Below are positions 27,102 through 36,277 of a stretch of 64,000 nucleotides of DNA, piece after piece. The DNA is from Patescibacteria group bacterium (GTDB lineage: Bacteria > Patescibacteriota > Minisyncoccia > Minisyncoccales > RBG-13-36-15). Position numbers and translations under genes: made by a program. The stretch is taken from the NCBI GenBank assembly GCA_022574775.1, contig JACZRI010000002.1:74303-138302 (forward strand), in the 5' to 3' direction. Numbering within the stretch: the stretch's first letter is position 1; each line of letters begins with the position of its first letter. The notes below the pieces were generated by a model that did no database searches, was not told the DNA's origin, and worked only from the letters and a program-made list of their open reading frames with translations.

Positions 27102-28151
27102 ATGAAAATCTTACAAATAGCGCCTCCTTGGATACCAGTTCCCCCCATTACATATGGCGGAACAGAATTAGTTATTTCCTGGCTGACCGAAGAATTAGTG
27201 CAAAGAGGGCACGACGTTACCCTTTTGGCCTCGGGAGACTCCAAAACCTCGGCTAAACTCATTCCTATCTGGCCTAAATCACTCTGGCGAGCGAATCTTT
27301 CAACTCCCCATGCAGTTTTTGCTTTGATTTATGAAAAATTAGCTCAAATACAAGAAGAATTTGATATCATTCACGACCACTGTGAATTCTATACCGCCCC
27401 GTTTTTTCCCTTACTAAAAAAACCTCTGGTTTCCACCATTCATCATCCAATGTACGAGGAACTCATAATTTTATTCAAGAAATTCCCCCGAATACATTAT
27501 GTGGCAGTTTCTAAAAACCAGAGGAAATCTGCTCCTGGAGTAAATTTTGTCAAAACTATTTATCACGGCTTGCCAATTACGCAATACCCCTTCAACCACA
27601 AACCTCAAGATTATCTTTTATGGCTATCAAAAATATCGCCTGGAAAAGGACCTGCTGAAGCCATAGAAGTTGCAAAAAAGGCAAAGGAAAAACTGATTAT
27701 TTCTGGAAATATTTTGAAAGAGTATGGAGATTATTTTGAATACAGACTGAAACCCTTAATTGATGGAAAGCAAATTCAGTTTGTTGGAACGTCAGATTTT
27801 GAGAAAAAAATTGAGCTTTTTAAAAATGCCAAAGCCTTTTTATATCCTGTCAGAAGACCAGAGCCATTCGGTTTAGTTGTGATTGAAGCAATGGCCACAG
27901 GCACCCCGGTTATTGCCTACAAAACGGGCGCGATGTCAGAGCTTATCAAAGATGGAAAAACCGGCTTTTTGGTTAATAATCAGGAAGAAATGATAGATGC
28001 TTTAAAGAAGATAAATAAAATTGACAGAATTGACTGTCGGAGGCATGTCGCAAGAAAATTCTCTCTAAAAAAAATGGTGAATAAATACGAGGCTCTTTAC
28101 AATACTATTTTAAAAGATTCTAAAAAAAATAATCATGAGAAAAAAACTTAA
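27102..28151 (+). CDS. GT4-family glycosyltransferase
   Basis: N-terminal GGTELV and a C-terminal EPFGLVVIEAMATGTPVIA...G.TG motif, characteristic of retaining GT-B GT4 enzymes. Confidence 0.9.
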   Translation: MKILQIAPPWIPVPPITYGGTELVISWLTEELVQRGHDVTLLASGDSKTSAKLIPIWPKSLWRANLSTPHAVFALIYEKLAQIQEEFDIIHDHCEFYTAPFFPLLKKPLVSTIHHPMYEELIILFKKFPRIHYVAVSKNQRKSAPGVNFVKTIYHGLPITQYPFNHKPQDYLLWLSKISPGKGPAEAIEVAKKAKEKLIISGNILKEYGDYFEYRLKPLIDGKQIQFVGTSDFEKKIELFKNAKAFLYPVRRPEPFGLVVIEAMATGTPVIAYKTGAMSELIKDGKTGFLVNNQEEMIDALKKINKIDRIDCRRHVARKFSLKKMVNKYEALYNTILKDSKKNNHEKKT

Positions 28152-28166
28152 AATTGCACAAATCTT

Positions 28167-28305
28167 CGCTTCGCCAAGTCTAACTTGGTTTCGCTCCCCA
28201 GACACCTCTCGGTTTCTGGCTCTCCTTCGCTCCCGCTCAGTCGCTGTTTTCCTACACGGGAAAACACCCAGTTTTCCCGACCCCTTTCTGCAATTTGGGC
28301 AATTA
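28167..28305. repeat. GC-rich hairpin element, copy in the GT1/GT2 junction
   Basis: Contains GGGAAAAC-ACCCA-GTTTTCCC (28258-28278) and is colinear in reverse orientation with 50895-51000. Flanked by duplicated GT2 5' ends (28135-28163 and 28368-28396). Confidence 0.75.
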
Positions 28306-28367
28306 ACTAAGTTTTTATATCACTTAATAATTTTTAATTTAGGGATTATTAAATATTCAAAAAAAAT

Positions 28368-29438
28368 ATGAGAAAAAAACTTCGAATTGCCCAAATTGCC
28401 CCTTTATGGTTTGCCATTCCTCCGAAAAAATATGGAGGAATTGAAAGAATTGTCTCATTTTTAACAGAAGAATTGGTAAGAAGAGGTCATGATGTAACTC
28501 TATTTGCCTCTGGCGATTCAAAAACGAAGGCGAAACTAATTTCGGTTTATCCGGAATCTTTAATAAAAGCTGAATACAACTGGCAAGATCCAGTGTGGAA
28601 TTTAGAAAATTTATCAGAAGTTTTTAAAAAAGCAAACGATTTTGATATTTTGCATTCTCATCTAGATTTCTGGACTTTGCCATTCCAAGATTTAACTAAA
28701 ACACCCGTCCTGCATACTTTACATAATCAACTTTATAAAGCATCTATAACTAGAGAAGGTGAAAGGAAACCGGCCAGAATTCAAATCTTTGAGAAGCACA
28801 AGAAAGAAACATCGGCTGTTTTTATTTCTAAGTCACAAAGGTTAAAATCGGCTGTAAAATTTCCTCAAAGCTGGATAATTTATAATGGAATAGATATCTC
28901 TAAATTTAAATTTAATCCAAAACCGCAGAATCATTTTATCTGGATTGCGCGAATTGATCCCTTTAAAGGAATTGAGAATGCAATAAGAGCTGCGGAAATT
29001 ACCGGAGCAAAATTATTATTAGCCGGCAGACTTGATCCAAATAAAGAGGAATATTTTAAAAAGAAAATTAAGCCTCGCCTTTCAAGGAAAATTAGATACG
29101 TAGGAGAATTAAGCCAAAATGAACTTTCTGAGTTCTATGGGTCAGCTCGAGCCCTTCTTTATCCCATTGAATGGGAAGAGCCATTCGGATTAGTAATGGT
29201 GGAGGCTATGGCTTGCGGTACTCCGGTAATTGTTTTTGACCGAGGATCTGCCAAAGAAGTAGTTAAAAACGGCGAATCCGGTTTTGTAGTTAAAAATATA
29301 GAGGAAATTGTAAAAGCAATGAAAAAAGTTGATCAAATTGATAGATTAAAATGTAGAAAAAGAGTAGAAAATCATTTCGCTTACCAAAAAATGGTTTCAA
29401 AGTACGAAAAACTTTACTATAAACTTATAAAAAAATGA
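28368..29438 (+). CDS. GT4-family glycosyltransferase
   Basis: EEPFGLVMVEAMACGTPVIV...GESGFVV motif. Confidence 0.9.
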   Translation: MRKKLRIAQIAPLWFAIPPKKYGGIERIVSFLTEELVRRGHDVTLFASGDSKTKAKLISVYPESLIKAEYNWQDPVWNLENLSEVFKKANDFDILHSHLDFWTLPFQDLTKTPVLHTLHNQLYKASITREGERKPARIQIFEKHKKETSAVFISKSQRLKSAVKFPQSWIIYNGIDISKFKFNPKPQNHFIWIARIDPFKGIENAIRAAEITGAKLLLAGRLDPNKEEYFKKKIKPRLSRKIRYVGELSQNELSEFYGSARALLYPIEWEEPFGLVMVEAMACGTPVIVFDRGSAKEVVKNGESGFVVKNIEEIVKAMKKVDQIDRLKCRKRVENHFAYQKMVSKYEKLYYKLIKK

Positions 29439-30532
29439 AGAAGCTTCGAATCGCCACAATGATAACTGGTCGCTATACTTGTCCTCCACCCAAAGGGGTA
29501 ATTTACGCTCCTATGGTAATTGCGAAAGCCATAGTTGAAGGATTAGTAAAAAGAGGACACAAAGTATTTTTCTTTGGTCCGGAAGGTTCAAATTTAAAGG
29601 CGACTAAAATAATTTCTGGGGGCATGAATCCTCTTTATGGCAAAAAAGAGCATGAAATTCTTCAAGGTCCGATGATTCGAGAAAAAGAAAGGGAGAAGAT
29701 TAAAAATTTATGGGACCAATATTTAATTTCCTTAATTTATCGAGAGGCTCTAAAAGGAAAGTATGACTTAATTCATATCCATCCAGTAGATAGAGTTTTA
29801 CCTTTTAGCCTCGCCTTTGAAAATATTCCCGTGGTTTATACCCTCCATGACCCTATTTATCCTTGGAGAAGAGATATTTTTCGAATGTTTCAAAGTAAAA
29901 ATCAATATTTTGTTTCTATTTCTAATGCTCAAAGAAAACCAGCTCCTGATTTAAACTGGATAGCAACAATTTATAATGGTATCGATTTAAAGTATTTTCC
30001 TTTTAAGCAGAAACCGAAAAACAAAACTTTATTTTTAGGAAGAATTTTGCCGACTAAAGGAACAGATATTGCAATTCAAGCGGCTAAGCTGGCTAAAGTA
30101 AAACTAATCATTGCAGGTAGCCCAAATAGAGGAGATTTCTGGGAAAATAAAATTAAACCTTTTTTAGGAAAAAACATTCAATATATTGGCAACGTCCCTT
30201 ATCAAAAAACTTATGAATATTATGGAGAATCCAAGGTAAGTTTATTTCCAATTCAGTGGGAAGAACCTTTTGGTTTAACTTTTGTTGAGTCAATGGCTTG
30301 TGGAACTCCAGTCATTGCTTTTGATAGAGGTTCAGCCAAGGAAATAATTAAAAACGGCGAAACTGGGTTTGTAGTAAAAAATTTGAGAGAAATGGTAAAT
30401 GCGATAAAAAAAATTGGTCAAATAGACCGAAGAGAATGTAGAACGTGGGTAGAAAAAAAATTTCCGATTGAAAAAATGGTTGATGAATACGAAAGAATTT
30501 TCTTTGAAATTTTAAAGAAGAAAATTAAGTAA
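29435..30532 (+). CDS. GT4-family glycosyltransferase
   Basis: EEPFGLTFVESMACGTPVIA...GETGFVV motif. ATGA overlap with the upstream gene. Confidence 0.9.
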   Translation: MKKLRIATMITGRYTCPPPKGVIYAPMVIAKAIVEGLVKRGHKVFFFGPEGSNLKATKIISGGMNPLYGKKEHEILQGPMIREKEREKIKNLWDQYLISLIYREALKGKYDLIHIHPVDRVLPFSLAFENIPVVYTLHDPIYPWRRDIFRMFQSKNQYFVSISNAQRKPAPDLNWIATIYNGIDLKYFPFKQKPKNKTLFLGRILPTKGTDIAIQAAKLAKVKLIIAGSPNRGDFWENKIKPFLGKNIQYIGNVPYQKTYEYYGESKVSLFPIQWEEPFGLTFVESMACGTPVIAFDRGSAKEIIKNGETGFVVKNLREMVNAIKKIGQIDRRECRTWVEKKFPIEKMVDEYERIFFEILKKKIK

Positions 30533-31654
30533 AGCTCCTGAAGACCAGGCTTGAGGATAGCAAGCTATTGGAATCTTGGCTATCTCTCCATCAACAACCG
30601 TATAAAGCTCTGGCAAATATCCTAATTCTTGATAAGCCCTTAAAATGGCTTTTTTTATTTTTTGATATTCTTTCTTATAACCTGTCTTTTTTAAGCCTTG
30701 GGCGATTATCCAGTTGTCATGAGGCCAAATAGAGCCTAATTGATAACTGAAAGTGTTGAAATCAGGCTCTTTTACGGAATGCGTCCTGATTCCAAATGAA
30801 GTCCAGAGATCCTTTTGAAAAAGCCTTTTGACTACCTGTTTCTCTTTATTTTTGTCTAAAATTCCGGTAAATAGCAAATGGCCTGGATTTGAAGTAATCA
30901 TCGTTTGCTGCTTTTTCCTGCCATCAAGAGCAAACGCAAAATATCCTTTTTTCTCCACCCAAAATTTTTGATTAAAAGATTTTTTTAATCTTTTTGCTCT
31001 TTCTGAAAAACGTTTTGACAAGGTATTTTTCTGCAAAATCTTGGCAAAGCTGGCTCCATATCGCAAGGCTAGATATTGATATCCCTGAACCTCAACAAGA
31101 GCTATGGGAGAACTAATCTTCAAATCTTTTTCCGGCATATCCTTCCAGCCTTGATGATAAAGACCGTTTGGATTTTTCCTTTGATACTCCAGAAATAAAT
31201 CGTTGTCGGGATCTCCGTATTGTTCCATCCAATAAAGAGCTGCCAACATATTCTTCCAATGTCTCTTAAGGAATTTTCTGTCTTTTGTTTTTTGGAAATA
31301 GAAGTAAAAAACGATTAAGAAAAGAGGAGTAGAATCTACTGAACCATAATAAGGGAAAGGAAATCCTTTCCTTTTTGGATGCCGTCTTAATCTCCAGTCA
31401 GTTTCATGGATTATCTTGCCCGGCTCTTCCTCACTTTGTTTATCTATCTTTTTCCCTTGGAGTAAAGCCAAAGTTTCTAAAGTCTTGCGGCAAACACTAG
31501 GCTGTACCCTTAAAAGCTGCCAAGAAGCTATTAAAGAATCTCGGCCAAAAAACCGGCTGTATCGCGGAAAGCCGGCTTGAATCAGTCCTTTTTCATCTTT
31601 CAACTCTTCTATCTCTTCCAAGAGTTGTTTTTTTATTCTTGCAATTGTTTTCAC
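30512..31654 (-). CDS. glycogen-debranching-enzyme-like (amylo-alpha-1,6-glucosidase, GDE_C) protein
   Basis: FFGRDSLIASWQLL and the (alpha/alpha)6-barrel pattern. The track start at 31732 is TTG and overlaps mscS by 77 nt. I prefer GTG at 31654, just after the mscS stop; the start is uncertain. Confidence 0.75.
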   Translation of the reverse strand: MKTIARIKKQLLEEIEELKDEKGLIQAGFPRYSRFFGRDSLIASWQLLRVQPSVCRKTLETLALLQGKKIDKQSEEEPGKIIHETDWRLRRHPKRKGFPFPYYGSVDSTPLFLIVFYFYFQKTKDRKFLKRHWKNMLAALYWMEQYGDPDNDLFLEYQRKNPNGLYHQGWKDMPEKDLKISSPIALVEVQGYQYLALRYGASFAKILQKNTLSKRFSERAKRLKKSFNQKFWVEKKGYFAFALDGRKKQQTMITSNPGHLLFTGILDKNKEKQVVKRLFQKDLWTSFGIRTHSVKEPDFNTFSYQLGSIWPHDNWIIAQGLKKTGYKKEYQKIKKAILRAYQELGYLPELYTVVDGEIAKIPIACYPQAWSSGALLNFLL

Positions 31655-31655
31655 A

Positions 31656-32519
31656 TTATTTTTCAAATTTTCCCCGTGGCCACACTGACATCTGGGGAAA
31701 TGGAATTTCAATTCCCTCTTTATCAAAAGCAATCTTTATTCTTTTTCTAAGCTCCCCGGTTACATCCCATTGCCTTAAAGGTTTCGTATCACCTAAAATT
31801 TTAATAATTACGGCAGAATCGGCAAAATCATCTACTCTCAAAAATTGAGGAGTTTTTAAGATATCTTGTTTCCATTGTGGATCTTCGGCTAATTCATTGC
31901 ATACCTTATTTACCACATTAATCACTTTTTCCAAATCCGATCCATAGGAAACTCCTATATTTAAATTAACTCTGGAGAACCCTTTAGATAAATTAGAGGC
32001 CTTTGTTATCTCGCCATTTGGAATATGGTGCACTATCCCGTCCAAATCCCTTAAAATTGTTCTTCTTAAGTTTATATCCTCCACGAGCCCGCAGGTATCC
32101 GCCACACAAGCCACATCACCTACACGGTATTGATCTTCTAGAATAATAAATAAACCTGAAATTAAATCCCGAATAAGGTATTGACCTCCAAAACCGAACG
32201 CTAAGCCCGCTACACCGGCTAAAGCCAATAAGGGACCGATATTTATTCCAAGTTCAGAAACAACCATTAATCCTGCTATCAATAAAACTATTATGCTTAC
32301 CGCCCCTTCAAGAACCCCTTCTAAAGTTTTTGACCTTTTTTCCAGAGCCTTCCCGTCGCGAATGCGGTAGGTTTGAGTGACAAAACTTTTAACCCCTTTT
32401 GAAATAAAAATTTTAATAATCCGGTCAATTAACCAGGCTCCGATTAAAATTAAAATTATTTTTATTCCGTGGGATAAAATCCAAGGAGTTATATTTTGAA
32501 GAATATTTTGGAGATTCAT
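31656..32519 (-). CDS. small-conductance mechanosensitive channel (MscS family)
   Basis: TM helices followed by FIILEDQYRVGDV...GIVHHIPNGEI. Start set at MNLQNIL because the upstream part of the track ORF is the tRNA-Ser gene. Confidence 0.9.
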   Translation of the reverse strand: MNLQNILQNITPWILSHGIKIILILIGAWLIDRIIKIFISKGVKSFVTQTYRIRDGKALEKRSKTLEGVLEGAVSIIVLLIAGLMVVSELGINIGPLLALAGVAGLAFGFGGQYLIRDLISGLFIILEDQYRVGDVACVADTCGLVEDINLRRTILRDLDGIVHHIPNGEITKASNLSKGFSRVNLNIGVSYGSDLEKVINVVNKVCNELAEDPQWKQDILKTPQFLRVDDFADSAVIIKILGDTKPLRQWDVTGELRKRIKIAFDKEGIEIPFPQMSVWPRGKFEK

Positions 32520-32527
32520 AAACTTTG

Positions 32528-32614
32528 CGGAGAGGGTGGGATTCGAACCCACGGTCCCTGTAAAAGGACAGTTGCTCTCCAAGCAACCGCACTAGACCAC
32601 TATGCGACCTCTCC
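32528..32614 (-). tRNA. tRNA-Ser (GGA)
   Basis: Acceptor GGAGAGG/CCTCTCC, anticodon loop TTGGAGA, long variable arm TGTCCTTTTACAGGGACC, T-arm GTGGG-TTCGAAT-CCCAC. Confidence 0.9.
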
Positions 32615-32653
32615 TTTGTCCTCCGTAGCAGAATCAGACTCGGTGAAGGAGGA

Positions 32654-33220
32654 TTATCTTGGTAACTTGGCAATTATATGAAAAATCGCAGGATGCTGGA
32701 CAATAAATTTATAATTCAATAATTTCAAAACTGTTAAAAAATCTAAAACCTCTTCTCTGAATGCTTCAGGTCCCGTAAAAACTTCCCAAAGCTCTTCAGC
32801 TACTTTTTTAATAAAATTATTAAACACTTCATAATCTTTTCTTTTCCTCAAATATTCAATAATTTTCCTAAACTCTCCTCTGTCAAGCCAAACACCCAAA
32901 CATATATTACAAAAATCTACGCTAATTTTTGAGTCTCCGTAATTCACTTCATAGAAAGGCAACCTGCAAGATGGACAGAGCTTTTGACCCTTTGAAATCT
33001 TAAACTTTTTTCTTTCTTTCCAAAGATCAATGTCCAACCAATTCAAACTTTCGTCTTTTTTATCTTTTGCCAACCTTAATTCCTCTTCTTCAAACCAAAG
33101 ACCAAGACACTTCGGACAATAGTCAATCTCCACTCCATAAAAAATAGCTTTCTCTAAATTTTCTTTGCAAAAAGGACAGGACAAATTTTGAAGTATGAAG
33201 TATGAAGTATGAAGAAACAA
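32654..33220 (-). CDS. tandem zinc-ribbon (zf-TFIIB-like) protein
   Basis: Two CPxC...CxxCxGxW modules (CPFC..CPKCLGLWF; CPSC..CNICLGVWL). The first 11 codons are encoded by a heptamer repeat, so the start is uncertain. Confidence 0.6.
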   Translation of the reverse strand: MFLHTSYFILQNLSCPFCKENLEKAIFYGVEIDYCPKCLGLWFEEEELRLAKDKKDESLNWLDIDLWKERKKFKISKGQKLCPSCRLPFYEVNYGDSKISVDFCNICLGVWLDRGEFRKIIEYLRKRKDYEVFNNFIKKVAEELWEVFTGPEAFREEVLDFLTVLKLLNYKFIVQHPAIFHIIAKLPR

Positions 33221-33262
33221 AGAATAAAAATCTTCAGGTCTTCAGTCTTCAGACTTCAAACT
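33190..33262. repeat. heptamer-array palindromic element
   Basis: (GAAGTAT)x3-GAAGAAAC-loop-TCTTCAGG-TCTTCAG-TCTTCAG-ACTTCAA. Spans the htpX stop to the next ORF start. Confidence 0.8.
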
Positions 33263-34155
33263 TTTAAATCTCTTAGGGCTTTTGTTCTTTCTCCTACCGG
33301 AGGATGAGTTGTAAATAGTTTGTGGAGCCAGGATTTTTTTTCTTCTCCCCGAAAAGGGTTTACAAAATACAAATGGGCAGTTGCATCGTTAGCTGATTTT
33401 AATGGTTTTGAATCTTGGGAAATCTTTTCCAAAGCCCTGGCTAACCCTTCAGGATATCTTGTCAAAAGTGCGCCTGAAGCGTCAGCCAAGAACTCTCTTT
33501 TCCTGGAAATTGCCAATTTAATTAAAATAGCGAAAAGTGGAGCCAAAATAGCCAAAGCCAGAGCAATTAAAATCATAATTCCTCCCCCGCCTTGGCGATT
33601 CCGGCCTCCAAACCCTCCCCAAAAACTAATCCTGAAGAAAAAGTCAGTCATAATAACCACCACTCCCACTAATACCACGATAATAGTTGAAAGCAGTACG
33701 TCTTTGTTCCCAATATGGGATAATTCATGGGCTATTACTCCTTCCAGTTCCACCCTATCCAGCCTTTCCAAGAGTCCTCGTGTTACTGCAACAACTGCAT
33801 GCTTTGGATTTCTTCCAGTTGCGAAAGCGTTTGGTTGGGCTTCATTAATTATATAAATTTTGGGCAAAGGAAGGCCGGCAGTTATCGCGAGATTCTCAAC
33901 AATTCTATAAAACTCCGGGTTATCTTGCTTTTCAATGGGCTTCGCTTTTGCCATTGCCAAGACAATTTTATCAGAATACCAATAACTAAAAAAACTCATT
34001 AAAACGCTTAATACTACGGCAATCCATAAAATCACGGATGTCTGCAAGAGATAGGATATCAACCAACCGAGCGCAATAATGAAAAGGAAAAAAAAAGTTA
34101 CATAAAGCCAAGTTTTCCGAATATTTGATTCAGCATGCGTGTATAACGTTGCCAT
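33256..34155 (-). CDS. htpX: protease HtpX (M48 family)
   Basis: HELSHIGNKD zinc motif and four TM segments. Confidence 0.9.
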   Translation of the reverse strand: MATLYTHAESNIRKTWLYVTFFFLFIIALGWLISYLLQTSVILWIAVVLSVLMSFFSYWYSDKIVLAMAKAKPIEKQDNPEFYRIVENLAITAGLPLPKIYIINEAQPNAFATGRNPKHAVVAVTRGLLERLDRVELEGVIAHELSHIGNKDVLLSTIIVVLVGVVVIMTDFFFRISFWGGFGGRNRQGGGGIMILIALALAILAPLFAILIKLAISRKREFLADASGALLTRYPEGLARALEKISQDSKPLKSANDATAHLYFVNPFRGEEKKSWLHKLFTTHPPVGERTKALRDLKV

Positions 34156-34164
34156 TGCTAATAA

Positions 34165-34791
34165 TTAAAATTTTACTTGTACTGATTCTCTTACTGCTGC
34201 CTCTTCAATCTCAAAAAAGTCTTCTTTTTTGAAGTTAAAAAGACTGGCAATAAGTTTATCCGGCAAACTTTGAATTTTGATATTATACTCGCGGACGTTC
34301 GTATTATAAAAACGTCTGGCAGCTTGAATTTTGTCTTCGGTATCTCGAAGTTCTTTCTGCAGTTCTAAAAAGTTTTCTGAAGCCCGAAGTTGAGGATAGT
34401 TTTCAGAAACCGCAAAAAGAGTTTTAAGGGCCCCTGTTAACATATTTTCTGCTTGCGCGTGGTCAACTGGGGTTTTCGCCGACATTGCTCTTGTCCTGGC
34501 TTCTGTAACTTTCTCAAAAACCTCTTTCTCGTGGGCAGCATAACCTTTTACTGTTTCCACTAAATTGGGGATTAAATTGTATCTTCTTTTTAACTGTACA
34601 TCAATATCTGCGAATGCTTCTCTTACTCTCGTCCTTAATTTGATCAAAGTATTATAAAGGACACCAAATAATAAAATTAATAAAATACCTGTTACCGGCA
34701 GATTAATCGCAAAGCTAATTTTATCAAAAAGCGCGCTTACCCACAAAACAATAATCGTTAAAGTAATTAGAATGGTAAAAATTGCTTCCAT
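34165..34791 (-). CDS. lemA: LemA family protein
   Basis: N-terminal TM and LemA pattern [20 protein letters not shown]...YNT. Confidence 0.9.
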   Translation of the reverse strand: MEAIFTILITLTIIVLWVSALFDKISFAINLPVTGILLILLFGVLYNTLIKLRTRVREAFADIDVQLKRRYNLIPNLVETVKGYAAHEKEVFEKVTEARTRAMSAKTPVDHAQAENMLTGALKTLFAVSENYPQLRASENFLELQKELRDTEDKIQAARRFYNTNVREYNIKIQSLPDKLIASLFNFKKEDFFEIEEAAVRESVQVKF

Positions 34792-34944
34792 AATATTATT
34801 GAATAATTATCATTAATCTTTATCGACCTTGTATTTTCTATTATATTATTATTTCCCGTTTTTTTCAACCTCACACCAAACGGGAATCGAATCTGTCAAT
34901 TCAGAGGCCTTTTGCGCCTTATCCCCGTTATGATATGGGAATAA

Positions 34945-34977
34945 ACCAAAAGCGACAGCTTTGCTGCCGCTTTTGGT
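34945..34977 (-). terminator. long hairpin downstream of the major pilin gene
   Basis: ACCAAAAGCGACAGC-TTT-GCTGCCGCTTTTGGT. The single mismatch becomes a G-U pair on the minus strand. Confidence 0.5.
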
Positions 34978-35040
34978 AAAGTTATATCTGAAAAGCTCTT
35001 TTTATTTTAGAGAACGCCTAAGTTTTATTACGAGAATACG

Positions 35041-35571
35041 TTAGCGGGTAACTGAAATCGTTGGAGCAGCTCCATTTTCTGACTCAGCACCAGGAGCAGA
35101 AACTGTCACTCGACCGGTGGTGGAATCTTTGACAATAGTGTAGCCGGTATCGTAATCTGCGCAACTAGTATAACTACCAGTTGTAGGATCAACAGGCATA
35201 GCTCCTATATAAAGAGCAACAAGACAGTCGCAAATATCATAAATAGCATCAGTATTTGGATTTTCTGGAGCGGAGTCAAAAGCCATATTTATTGCAGCAG
35301 CATCTGGAATAGGTGCCTCACAGGCAGCATTGTCAAAAGTTCCTCTTCCATCAACAATATTCTGAGAGACAGCATTTAAGATAGTATTCACAGCTACAAA
35401 ACGGGAAGCATTATTGGCTTTGGCGAACTGCCTTCCCGGATTAATTGCAACAATGGCTATTGCCATTAAGATCGCAATAATTCCAATGACAATTAATAAC
35501 TCAATCAGCGTAAATCCCCTTCGAAGTCTGAAGTCTGAAGTCTGAAGTCTGAAGAATTTTTTAATTTTCAT
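35041..35571 (-). CDS. type IV pilin (major pilin candidate)
   Basis: MKIKKFFRLQTSDFRLRRG|FTLIELLIVIGIIAIL: class III signal with G-1, F+1, E+5. The track ORF extends to 35667, which I regard as non-coding. Confidence 0.85.
   Translation of the reverse strand: MKIKKFFRLQTSDFRLRRGFTLIELLIVIGIIAILMAIAIVAINPGRQFAKANNASRFVAVNTILNAVSQNIVDGRGTFDNAACEAPIPDAAAINMAFDSAPENPNTDAIYDICDCLVALYIGAMPVDPTTGSYTSCADYDTGYTIVKDSTTGRVTVSAPGAESENGAAPTISVTR
35523..35557. repeat. tandem heptanucleotide repeat (GAAGTCT)x4 plus one variant inside the pilin leader-peptide codons
   Basis: Counted directly: four perfect units at 35523-35550 and GAAGAAT at 35551-35557. Confidence 0.9.
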
Positions 35572-36001
35572 TTTTGAGTCGTTAGAATTTCGAATTCGAA
35601 CTCGACCTTTCCCCCAACATTTTTGGACCAGCTCTTGTAAAAAATGTACCGAAGGCATTTTGTTCAAAAGTGGTGAGAGGCGTCTTTTTCTTATTATATT
35701 ATAGCAGTTTTAAAAATAGAGTCCTGTGGAAAACTAAACCTCTCTCACATTGCAGCTTGAAGTACTTTGCGAAAATAGTTCCACAATTGAAACATCTCGC
35801 GTACCTTTTGAGAAACTGGTATTTCGCGCGTTGGTCGACACCTTCTGAGCCAGGTGGGCCCGCCTCAGTCCCGCCAGAAGTTGGCACATCTTGGCGGGTT
35901 TGGGCAGGTTCCTCTGTTGACTCCTCTCCAATGCCCAATACATCCTCTATAATCTCTACAATCTCTTCAATTATCTCCTCTACAGGAGAAATTTCCGGTA
36001 A

Positions 36002-36277
36002 GTCAATTTCTTCTGGTCAGGGGAATTAGTAGTAATACCTCGGAAAGAATATGAGGAAATTTTGCGCAAGATAGAAAAAAATAATCGTATCCAGCTTGAT
36101 AAGGATCTCGAAAAGGCTATACGAAAAGTGAAACAGAAAAAACTTGTAGGGCCGTTTAAGAATGTAGCCAGTTTAATGAAATCTCTGGATAGTAAAAAGT
36201 AACATGTATGGAGATTTTTTATACTCCACATTTGAAAAAGAAGTATAAACTGCTTTCTAAAGAAGCTTAAAGAAAAT
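36002..36277 (+). pseudogene. remnant of a type II toxin-antitoxin pair (antitoxin-like fragment plus truncated RelE/ParE-like start)
   Basis: Own translation: start-less frame ...ELVVIPRKEYEEILRKIEKNNRIQLDKDLEKAIRKVKQKKLVGPFKNVASLMKSLDSKK*, then TAACATG and MYGDFLYSTFEKEV* with a frameshifted continuation KKYKLLSKEA. Confidence 0.35.

Noticed and set aside
28135-28371. 78-aa ORF between GT1 and GT2.
   Set aside because: It consists of a duplicated GT2 start fused to the GC-rich repeat element, and its low-complexity translation (FASPSLTWFRSPDTSRFLALLRSRS) is typical of repeat read-through.
33320-33856. Numerous long antisense or overlapping ORFs in the track (for example 33320-33856 in htpX, 15986-16486 and 16179-16565 in the trxB-like gene, 60418-60879 in rnj, 62475-62870 in trpS, 17261-18235 in the PQQ dehydrogenase).
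   Set aside because: Each lies opposite or out of frame within a gene that has clear family motifs. Their translations are low-complexity and show no recognisable domains.
35523-35557. Tandem repeats as possible CRISPR arrays (heptamer arrays at 33190, 35523 and 55469).
   Set aside because: The units are 7 nt and contiguous, with no spacers, and no cas genes are present.
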